A stretch of DNA of 64,000 nucleotides, from the NCBI GenBank assembly GCA_049325535.1, contig JBMOKY010000001.1, positions 749,942 through 813,941 on the forward strand. The letters run 5' to 3'. Both the position numbers and the translations under genes were made by a program. Position 1 is the first letter of the stretch, and the number at the start of each line of letters is the position of its first letter. Under the pieces are notes generated by a model. That model made no database searches and had not been told where the DNA came from. It saw nothing but the letters and a program-made list of their open reading frames with translations. Below are positions 55,781 to 64,000 of the stretch, in pieces. This DNA comes from Patescibacteria group bacterium (GTDB taxonomy: Bacteria; Patescibacteriota; Patescibacteriia; UBA10025; JAHIVO01).

Positions 55781-58700
55781 TTAAAATAAGCTTCCGACAT
55801 TGCCCAACCAGGAGAAGGTAGCCTCAAGATTAGAAATAATCAACTGAAGGAACGACTCGCGCTCACGGGACGTCAGCACCGTGTGTGAATCCGATTTGGT
55901 CACGTTACCGGCCTTATCAGTCGACACCACCCGAAAATGATATGTTTTTGCCGGAGCGAGATTGGTCACTACCACCAAATGATCGAGTACGAGCTCGGCA
56001 TTCTCTTCTGTTTCATCGGTATAATCAGTACCACCCAACCCAACGCCATACTCTACCTTTGAAGTCGTGGCTTCATTTGTTTTCCAGGAAATGACGATTT
56101 GGATCTTTGAGGCATCCCCGGAACCGATCGTGTTTGACTCAGATGCGACGCCAAATATTTCCGGGGGGGTAGTGTCTTCCAGTGTAGTAAATTCCAATTC
56201 AGCGGATTCTGCCTGATACCCAAATTCGTCATTCCCCCTGACGATATATTTATACAGCGTGGCATCCTCCAGCCCGAAGAGTAGCACGGAATGATCGGTC
56301 TGTAGCGCGGCTGTTCCCTGCACCTTTGGAGCGATATTTTCATTGTAGTACTCCACTTCCGAGGTAGTGGGTACGTTTGTCTTCCATCGGATTTCAGTCT
56401 GCCCTTCGGCTTTATTTTCCGTAACCACATCGCTCACCTGAGGAAATGTCAGCGTCTGAAATGTGTAGTTGTCCGAGCTAATCGTATTGCCCGATTTATC
56501 CACGCCATTGATACGAAGATTGTACGTGGTACTGTCTGAAAGGTTTTCCAGCTTGACCGTATGAGTAAATGCAAATGAGCCGGACGTATCAGTATAAGTC
56601 AAGCCGTAATTGGTCGTGGTGCCGTACTCGATAACAGCCGTCGTCTCCTTGTTCGTTTCCCAGGAAATGATGGCATCAAACAGCCGGATATCCGACACCT
56701 CCAGATTGAGCACTCGCGGAGCCTCGAGAGTCGTAAATGACTGCACTGACGACAGGGCGACATTTTCATCCACGTCGATACTCTTCACTTGATAGTAATA
56801 TTTAGTCTGGGGTTTGAGGCCGGTGACTTTCACCGAGTGCGACTCGACCTGATCAGCGAGTCCCTGTTCAGTATCGAGCCCGCCCTCAGTCAGGCCGATC
56901 TCCACGAACGACGAAGCGATACGCTCAGTACGCCAGGTAATGGTCGCAGAATATGAATCGGCAACAGCAGTCGGCCCCTCGGTAATTTCCGGCGGCTGGG
57001 TGAAGCGGCCCTCTGGTTTCTCCGACACCACGTCGGTGGGGTCTGATGTAGCCGCGGCTTTGTCTTTGGCCGTAATCAGGTAAAAATACTCCTGCGTATT
57101 ATCGAGGCCGGTGTCGAGATACCCCGTCGAGGTGATGGTGGCGATATCTTCAAAGGTCTCATTATCCGTGGACCGGCTGATGGTATAGAATAATTCGTCA
57201 TCAGTGGTATACCCCTCCGGCGGATCCCAAGTGATGGTGATCGAGTAGCGCTTGGCGTCGCGATCCGACGAATCGGTGATGGTCACAGCCTGTGGCGGAC
57301 CCGGCGGGGTGGTGTGGGCTACAAATTCGACGGCGGCATAGTTATCATAGCTGAGGTTGCCGCCATCATCCACCGCCAAAACATAAAACGTATTCGTACC
57401 CTGCTGCGTAGCGGCATCAATCGGACCGACGCTCGTCGCTTCCGTGTACGTCACATTAGATTCATTCGGCAAATTATTGATGGAGTAATAATACCCCGCC
57501 ACCGTGACACCCTCATCCTGCGGCGCCTCCCATTCAAAAGTATAGCTATTAGTCGTATTGCTCAGTGGATCCACGGTCAGATTCAGCGGTGCCGATGGCG
57601 CGCCTTTGGTCAGGAACGTGAAATCGGTCGAATACCCAGTATTGCCGTCCTGATCCGTCCAACGCGTACGATAATGGTACTCGGTATCGGGCTGTAGATT
57701 AGTCAGAGTAACTTCGTGTTCATTGACCAGGTCGGGCGTGCCGGCTTCATTACCGTACGCCGTCGTCGTTCCATATTCCACGTAGGAAGACGCGTCGTGC
57801 TCGACGATATTACCGTACTGATCCTGATCATCCAGCGTCAACCATTCCACGATCGCCGAACGGATGAAGGGCGTGACAGTTGGCTGACCACTCATGAGTG
57901 GAGCAAATTTAAATTTACCCTCGGGTTTGATTTCCAAAACTGCTGAGTTACCCGACTGCACACCACCGGTACCGGCCGCGCGCGCAAAGTAGCTATAAGT
58001 GATATCAGTATCAAGGCTGGTATCCAAATATCCCAGGGTGTTGACCGTAGCAATCTTTGAATAATTCGCCGGCGGATCATCCACCGAATCAGGATTTTCA
58101 CAATCCGCTTCACAACGATATACATTGTACCCGGTCACTCCCGACCCGACATCAGCTGGTTCATCCCAGGTCAGCACCACGGAGTATTTTTGTGTGGCGC
58201 GATCGGACGTATCGGTCGCCGCGGCACTGGAAGGAACACCAGGCGCATTTGAAGAAAAATAGTAATTTTCCGATACGTAATTATCATAGTCAATATTATT
58301 GATCGCGTCAGCGGCGACGATGTAAATGGTGTTTTCTCCCTGCTGCGTGGCCGCAGAAAACGACAACAATGACCGTGAACTGGTTTGCGTACTGGTCGTC
58401 CAGCCGCCATCAGGCGACGGCGTGGCGCTGCCGGCCAAATTAATTCCGCATGTTTCCGCCGAAGGCAGCTCATTGATGGTATAGCAATAACGAAGTATAT
58501 CAGCTGAATCGCAATCCCCAGCTCCAGAACCGAGACACGTACTCGGCAAATCCCACGTCACGGTAAACGAATTGACGTCCTCCTGGGGACTGAGCGCGCT
58601 CGTCACCGGATCGATAACGATATTCTGCGGCGCTGAAGGTGCGTCGCCGGCATAGTAAAAAATTCTTTCCCGGCAGGTGACGGAAACATTATCAGCATTG

Positions 58701-61700
58701 TCCACCGAGTATACGCAAAATGAATTTTCTCGGGTCTGCGTGGCGAGCTCATCATTGACCGCGTTGGTCGGCACGCAGGTCTGCGCCCCTTCATTGATTG
58801 CATAACAATACTCCTTGATCCCCGAACCGCCGGTATCGGTCGCTACTGGCCATGAAAAATCAAAATTATTGACCGATGTCCAGCTGGCGGGCGTGGCCGT
58901 CACTGACGAAGGTCGCGACGGCGCAATGGTATCCAATTTATAGGTAAAAAGCGTGCCGCTCGAAACAGACGTATTATTATTTCGATCCTTCGTCCGGATG
59001 ATCAGATAGTATTCGTCAGACGTCAAAGCTGAAGCCGCCTGAGTGGTGACGTCCCATGATCCAGCCGATCCGTCAGGTGAGGCATAAAAATTCGTTCCGC
59101 CGACATAGGCGAGATTGGTTGGATCATCGGCATCGTCAATCGGATCTTTGGTATCGTCACTGCCAAAATATACGTAAAACCCGTCTATGCCGATACCGCC
59201 GGCATTATCAGCGGCAGACCAGTCGAAATACGGCGTTGTTTCATTTGTCCATGTATCATCGGCGATGCCGGTACCCATCCCACTATCAGTATAGCCAAGG
59301 ACCACCGCTGGATTGCTCGGCGCCGACAGGTCACTATAGTACGTCCAGCTGATATCATCGATCGACGGGGTGTACACTTGGTCGGAGGCAAAGCTGAGAC
59401 GCACCTGGCCGTACTGGGATACATCCGATTCCACTGAATAATATGTCGTGCCGCCGATCGTACGGACGTTCCCCGCCTCTTCCCATTCCCCGGGCGTGGT
59501 GCAACTAGCGTCATCACAGGTCCGCGTCTCTACCGCCAGCGAGGTATTGTCAGCTAATGTGCTGGTCACCGCCAGGGTGCCATACCCAAAAACACCTGCG
59601 GTGAAATCATTCACTTGCGATATCCATGATCCGTTTGCCTGGAAACCGGTCGATGCCGTCGAAACCACATACCGCTCCATGGCCGACGTGGACTCACCGC
59701 GAAAACCCAATATGATATTATTATCGGTCATCACCAAGGAACCGTATTCATAATACTGAAGCACGGTTCTCGTCGTCCACGAATCCCCCGACAAATCATA
59801 AACATACATTTCATCGGTATTATTACCCCGAGGCACCAGAATATTGCCCTGGCCATCCAGTACGCAGGCATCACCATAATACAAAGCAGCCGGCGCCAAC
59901 GCCATTGTTTCCCAAGTCAAACCCGGATTATCCGCCGGATCGGTATTAAACCGATATATATTCCTCGTATTATTACTTTGTACATAATACACATAATTAT
60001 CTCCACCGACAGAAGCGTACACCGCGCAAGAACCAAGATACGCTGCTGCGGTCAAGTTCGTACTCGTACCGATTTGTGTCCAGACATCATCAGTGATGTC
60101 ATATGAATAAAAGTACCGCGTGTTAGCACCCGTAATGAGGTATATCGTATCATTGCCGTCATACACCAAATCAGCGCCATAACCCGGTTCTGTAATATTT
60201 GCCGGCGCGCTTGTACGATGATTCAGTCGTGTCCATAAATCTGTTTTCGGATCATAGCGGTAAAAATACGCGATGTTATCCCCCAGGCCATCATCGCCAC
60301 TCAGCAAATATACTCCATCGAGCGCGTCAGTGGCATGATCAATATACTCCGCGTCAGCTCCGAATCGGACATAGTGCGGCACGCTGGCGCGCTTTTCCCA
60401 TCGCTCCAATTCCGGATAGTACGCATAGAAATCGGGGGTATTCAAACCGCGCGCCACAAACATCGCATCCTTCGTATCCTCAGCGTCATCATAAAAAGCC
60501 GTAGCGCCATAATAAAACCCTGCCCGGTTCAGGCCGGTTGGCAGTGCTTGCGTCCGCCAGCGGTTATCCGACACGTCATACGCCAATAAAGTGTATTCAG
60601 CCTCGCCACGCAGCACGTACAGCGTATCGGTTTCTTCGACATAGAACATGGAATTGGAGCTACCCAGGTATTTACTGGTCGGGATGTCAGCCAGGTATTC
60701 CCACTTATTTTGGGCGATGTCATAGCGCAGAAAATCGTTTGACACGTGACCCCGCAGCAGATAAATGTATCCGTCGATGTAATATGACGTCGCGCCATAC
60801 GATGTCCAGAGCGGAACGTTGTTGCCGTATGACCAGCTGCCACCTACTTCATATTTATAGAAATCGTTATCATTGTACCCCCGCGTCGCATACACACAGC
60901 CGCCGGCCGTTCCACAATAATCGCCATTGGGCACATAGGTCAGTGTGTGTCCATAGTACGCTGTTTGATCCATGTCAGGCACCGCCGGATCGCTCCAGAT
61001 ACCGGTGGAAATGGTATACTTCATGAAATAATATTGGGCGTTCCCGCTGGAAGCATAGATAGTGTCATTGCCGTCATACACTAGGCTGCCACCGTAACTC
61101 ACGATCTGCGAAACAGGATTCATCGTATCCCACGTTTTGGCGCTAATATTGTACCGCTTAAACGTCGTGCCATTGCCGGCCGTCGCAAATAAACATCCTG
61201 AGGCGTCTGTACAACCGAGGGTAACACCGTTGGGCACATACACCATAGCAGCACCACGGGTGACATTCACCGTCCCGTATGCCGTGTGTGTCTCGTCATA
61301 TGTTTTATTGGAAATAGAATACGCCCACAGGTTTTGCGAGTTATTGCCGCGTAATATAAATAATGTATCGTTGCCGTCGTAGGCGATGGTCGACCCGTCA
61401 TTGGCCGTAGTGGCAGATAGCTGCAGCGGTGTCGGAGCCTCATGCGTCCACACGCCATCGGCCACCGAGTCTAATTTCATGGTATCACCCGAATCGGCAT
61501 TGGTATTGATATTCGTTTCCGTGATTCCAACCGCCCCAAAATCCGCGCTGTCATCCCAGTCGACGGATGCCGACGGTGAAATGCCGCTGTACTCATAAGT
61601 AAATACCGTCTGCGCGGCAGCGACATTTCCCGCTTGATCTTTGGCGGCCACGCGCAAGTGGTAAATGCCCGAAGATATCTGATTGCCGTCCTTGTCTACC

Positions 61701-64000
61701 GTCACCACGTACGTATCATCAGTCTGAAAATAATCCTCACTGGTGGACGGATCAAACGCGACGTCGGCGTCCGTCACCCAGGCTACATAATACCCGGCCA
61801 GTCCGGACTCGCCGTCACTGCCACCGGAAAATTCGAAGTAAGGATTGACGTAATAATAATTTTCCCCGTCCACCAGGACGGATGTCTCGGCAGCATCGGA
61901 ATACCCGTCAGCCGACGGATTAGTCGGATCAGTGGAATCTTTTTCGTAATTGATGGTGAAACTATTGACGATCGGCGTGCTGGTATTATCGGAATGAAGC
62001 TCGACCTTCACCTGAATATACCTTCCTACCGTCGAATCGATCTCCCAGTCTATATCCTCTACCTGATCCCAGGCGGTCCAGGATACCTGGTCATCCGACG
62101 TCCGAGTATAGAAATCCACCGTGGTCGTACCCGGCGTAGTCACTGAGGCGGAAAATCCGTTGAAAGCAGTGGCATACGTCAGATCAATAGTATCGGAAAT
62201 CCAGGTGGCCGACGGAATATATTCATCCGTTTCCGTGGCATATGCATAAATGGCGAACGTATCACTTCCGCGACGTACATACATAGTATCGTTCGCGTCA
62301 TCATGCGCCATGGACTGGCCCCGGATAAATTCAGTTGGTAATTCACTCACTTTCGTCCACTCATCTTCGGAAATGTCATACCGATAATAATTCTTATTGA
62401 ATCCGCTGGAAATGGCGTAGATATTATCGACACCATCAAATTCCAAGACGGTATTATAGTACGCTGCCGCCGGAAAATCATTCAGGGTCGACCAGGTATC
62501 GGTGTCGGGATCATACCGGTAAAAATTACCGCGCCAGTAACCCGGCATGACAAACACGTCATCACCATTATCGGTGATGGCTCCGCCATAAAACGCGGCG
62601 TTTGTTGCAGGAATGTCCGGGATAGTTTCCGTGGTCCAGCCAGCACTATACCGAAATACATTGCGCGTGCCATTGCCCTGCAGCACGTAAAATTCATTAT
62701 CAGCCAAACAGGTAATCCCGGCGCCTTCTTCCGGATTTCCCGGTATGCTGCCGATAGTACTCCAGGTGCCGGCCGATATGTCATAGTTTGCTACCGTAGC
62801 AGTATTGCGCGCACGAATATAATAAATATTATCATTTCCGTCGTAGCACATGGACGACCCGATCTGCGGACGGTAATCAGTCGGGGTAGTAGCTAGATCG
62901 GTCAAACTATTCCATACTTTTGCGGCGATGTCATACCGATAAAAAGTTACTGATGTATCACCGCGCATGATAAAAAGACAGCCAGTGGCATCAGCGCAGT
63001 CTACTCCATTGGGCACAAATACCATTTCATTGCCATCGTACGAACCCGAAGCATCGGCATTTAATGTGATGGAATCCCACTTACCCTCCGTCACATCATA
63101 TTTCAGGAGCTCGGGCCGATTGATACCGGGCAGGGCATATACATACCCATCCAGATATTCCAGCGAGCCGCCTTCATTCACCGTCACGTTCATATCCGGC
63201 GTATCGGCCGACAGCGCATCCCAGGTATTTGCCTCCACATCGTATTGGGCAAATTCATCGTTCGACCCGCCGGTGACCATGTATATAGTTTCAGTATCAT
63301 CGTTGTAGGCCATCGCACTTCCGTAATTGATGCGACCAGAAGTACCCAAATCAGTGTCTACTGTGGCCGCCTGGACCCAAGTGCCGTCTTTTATTTCATA
63401 ACGAAAAAAACGAACATTGTTATTTCCCTGAAAGGCGTAAATACAACCCTGCTCGCAATAGGTCGTCTCCCCAACGGTCCAGCTTTTGCTGGAGTACTCG
63501 AGGGCGTGCCCATTCGTCGTATAAATCTGATATGGTGACGGAATGCTATTCTCATTGTCCTTCCATATACCGGTGGCGATATTGTACGACCAAAACTTGT
63601 CAAAATTTTTACCCTGCACCGCGTACAATTTTCCATTTTCCCCGCTGACGATGTCCGAACCCAGGCCCCATGTGTCTGGCGCGTCAGCCAGCCGGTCCCA
63701 GGTGTCCGCGGCAATGTCATAGCGGAAAAAATCTTTTCTGGCATCTGTTGAATCATCGCCATCCTGACCGTTGATGGCATAGAGATATCCATCGTAGTAC
63801 GCCAGGCTGCCACCATAATGAAATCCAGTTGGCGCATCCGCCAGTTGTTTCCACGTCGCCAGCTCAGGATTGTAGCGAAACAAATCAGGCTGACGGCCGC
63901 CGATGATCATGTACAGATAGGTACCGTCAGTGACCAGGTCAGCGCCATAGGTGGCCCCATCGTGGTTATTGAACCCCGTGTACGCGTTGCTATACACCAT
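55781..64000 (-). CDS. Giant repetitive surface/secreted protein, N-terminus beyond the window end (>2739 aa): long array of Kelch-type beta-propeller-like blades followed by several fibronectin-III-like domains
   Basis: Continuous ORF of 8.2 kb. At least 40 degenerate repeats of about 50 aa have a Y(D/E)GNDTIY…W…(L/M) pattern. The C-terminal 700 aa contain FN3-like units (…VEYGTTTAYG…TEYHYRTRWTDQDGNTGYS…, …KTYHFRVVSTDKAGNVTKS…). Confidence 0.8.
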   Translation of the reverse strand: MVYSNAYTGFNNHDGATYGADLVTDGTYLYMIIGGRQPDLFRYNPELATWKQLADAPTGFHYGGSLAYYDGYLYAINGQDGDDSTDARKDFFRYDIAADTWDRLADAPDTWGLGSDIVSGENGKLYAVQGKNFDKFWSYNIATGIWKDNENSIPSPYQIYTTNGHALEYSSKSWTVGETTYCEQGCIYAFQGNNNVRFFRYEIKDGTWVQAATVDTDLGTSGRINYGSAMAYNDDTETIYMVTGGSNDEFAQYDVEANTWDALSADTPDMNVTVNEGGSLEYLDGYVYALPGINRPELLKYDVTEGKWDSITLNADASGSYDGNEMVFVPNGVDCADATGCLFIMRGDTSVTFYRYDIAAKVWNSLTDLATTPTDYRPQIGSSMCYDGNDNIYYIRARNTATVANYDISAGTWSTIGSIPGNPEEGAGITCLADNEFYVLQGNGTRNVFRYSAGWTTETIPDIPATNAAFYGGAITDNGDDVFVMPGYWRGNFYRYDPDTDTWSTLNDFPAAAYYNTVLEFDGVDNIYAISSGFNKNYYRYDISEDEWTKVSELPTEFIRGQSMAHDDANDTMYVRRGSDTFAIYAYATETDEYIPSATWISDTIDLTYATAFNGFSASVTTPGTTTVDFYTRTSDDQVSWTAWDQVEDIDWEIDSTVGRYIQVKVELHSDNTSTPIVNSFTINYEKDSTDPTNPSADGYSDAAETSVLVDGENYYYVNPYFEFSGGSDGESGLAGYYVAWVTDADVAFDPSTSEDYFQTDDTYVVTVDKDGNQISSGIYHLRVAAKDQAGNVAAAQTVFTYEYSGISPSASVDWDDSADFGAVGITETNINTNADSGDTMKLDSVADGVWTHEAPTPLQLSATTANDGSTIAYDGNDTLFILRGNNSQNLWAYSISNKTYDETHTAYGTVNVTRGAAMVYVPNGVTLGCTDASGCLFATAGNGTTFKRYNISAKTWDTMNPVSQIVSYGGSLVYDGNDTIYASSGNAQYYFMKYTISTGIWSDPAVPDMDQTAYYGHTLTYVPNGDYCGTAGGCVYATRGYNDNDFYKYEVGGSWSYGNNVPLWTSYGATSYYIDGYIYLLRGHVSNDFLRYDIAQNKWEYLADIPTSKYLGSSNSMFYVEETDTLYVLRGEAEYTLLAYDVSDNRWRTQALPTGLNRAGFYYGATAFYDDAEDTKDAMFVARGLNTPDFYAYYPELERWEKRASVPHYVRFGADAEYIDHATDALDGVYLLSGDDGLGDNIAYFYRYDPKTDLWTRLNHRTSAPANITEPGYGADLVYDGNDTIYLITGANTRYFYSYDITDDVWTQIGTSTNLTAAAYLGSCAVYASVGGDNYVYYVQSNNTRNIYRFNTDPADNPGLTWETMALAPAALYYGDACVLDGQGNILVPRGNNTDEMYVYDLSGDSWTTRTVLQYYEYGSLVMTDNNIILGFRGESTSAMERYVVSTASTGFQANGSWISQVNDFTAGVFGYGTLAVTSTLADNTSLAVETRTCDDASCTTPGEWEEAGNVRTIGGTTYYSVESDVSQYGQVRLSFASDQVYTPSIDDISWTYYSDLSAPSNPAVVLGYTDSGMGTGIADDTWTNETTPYFDWSAADNAGGIGIDGFYVYFGSDDTKDPIDDADDPTNLAYVGGTNFYASPDGSAGSWDVTTQAASALTSDEYYLIIRTKDRNNNTSVSSGTLFTYKLDTIAPSRPSSVTATPASWTSVNNFDFSWPVATDTGGSGIKEYCYAINEGAQTCVPTNAVNDELATQTRENSFCVYSVDNADNVSVTCRERIFYYAGDAPSAPQNIVIDPVTSALSPQEDVNSFTVTWDLPSTCLGSGAGDCDSADILRYCYTINELPSAETCGINLAGSATPSPDGGWTTSTQTSSRSLLSFSAATQQGENTIYIVAADAINNIDYDNYVSENYYFSSNAPGVPSSAAATDTSDRATQKYSVVLTWDEPADVGSGVTGYNVYRCEADCENPDSVDDPPANYSKIATVNTLGYLDTSLDTDITYSYFARAAGTGGVQSGNSAVLEIKPEGKFKFAPLMSGQPTVTPFIRSAIVEWLTLDDQDQYGNIVEHDASSYVEYGTTTAYGNEAGTPDLVNEHEVTLTNLQPDTEYHYRTRWTDQDGNTGYSTDFTFLTKGAPSAPLNLTVDPLSNTTNSYTFEWEAPQDEGVTVAGYYYSINNLPNESNVTYTEATSVGPIDAATQQGTNTFYVLAVDDGGNLSYDNYAAVEFVAHTTPPGPPQAVTITDSSDRDAKRYSITITWDPPEGYTTDDELFYTISRSTDNETFEDIATITSTGYLDTGLDNTQEYFYLITAKDKAAATSDPTDVVSEKPEGRFTQPPEITEGPTAVADSYSATITWRTERIASSFVEIGLTEGGLDTEQGLADQVESHSVKVTGLKPQTKYYYQVKSIDVDENVALSSVQSFTTLEAPRVLNLEVSDIRLFDAIISWETNKETTAVIEYGTTTNYGLTYTDTSGSFAFTHTVKLENLSDSTTYNLRINGVDKSGNTISSDNYTFQTLTFPQVSDVVTENKAEGQTEIRWKTNVPTTSEVEYYNENIAPKVQGTAALQTDHSVLLFGLEDATLYKYIVRGNDEFGYQAESAELEFTTLEDTTPPEIFGVASESNTIGSGDASKIQIVISWKTNEATTSKVEYGVGLGGTDYTDETEENAELVLDHLVVVTNLAPAKTYHFRVVSTDKAGNVTKSDSHTVLTSRERESFLQLIISNLEATFSWLGNVGSLF

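Overview
Gene-dense 64 kb window (~50% GC, >80% coding, most genes on the minus strand) from a streamlined bacterium. The gene content fits a monoderm lineage with a reduced genome and many lipoproteins; a Patescibacteria/CPR organism such as a Saccharibacteria-like one is a plausible but unproven guess. The following are consistent with that guess but not diagnostic: alpha2-type GlyRS, short MetRS, compact F1Fo operon with a short delta subunit, a VirB2/TrbC-like pilin, a giant (>2700 aa) repeat surface protein, and a heliorhodopsin.

Housekeeping content: typA (5-prime partial), rpe, a PurH IMP-cyclohydrolase half only, an HD-domain (p)ppGpp-hydrolase-like gene, a CaCA exchanger, an IMPase-family gene, and a VIT1 transporter. 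Also the complete atpI-like/B/E/F/H/A/G/D/C operon, a NatAB-like ABC pair, rmuC, tatD, cvpA, metG, a CYTH protein, rsmI, rpsU, an AI-2E transporter, an M16 peptidase, a GNAT, glyQS, a cyclophilin, a membrane-anchored ClpC-like ATPase, and a MacB/FtsX-like ABC pair.

Most interesting elements:
(1) A minus-strand operon RNHCP -> radical-SAM/SPASM(+PqqD-like tail) -> radical-SAM/SPASM(+CxxCxxCC YkgJ/FliB-like tail) -> a translationally coupled 31-aa Lys-rich peptide -> strong terminator. This is a candidate uncharacterised RiPP-like peptide-modification system.
(2) A heliorhodopsin co-oriented and near-contiguous with a VIT1/CCC1 metal transporter.
(3) A histidine-kinase-less phosphorelay-like cluster: a 66-aa HisKA-only protein, two paralogous single-domain REC proteins, and a TM-Cache-HAMP sensor with no output domain.

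No rRNA, tRNA, CRISPR array or mobile element was seen. Many Rho-independent terminators lie on the minus strand, including three copies of one terminator module. All coordinates and calls come from reading the sequence and ORF track by eye; homology statements are from motif and family recognition, not database searches.
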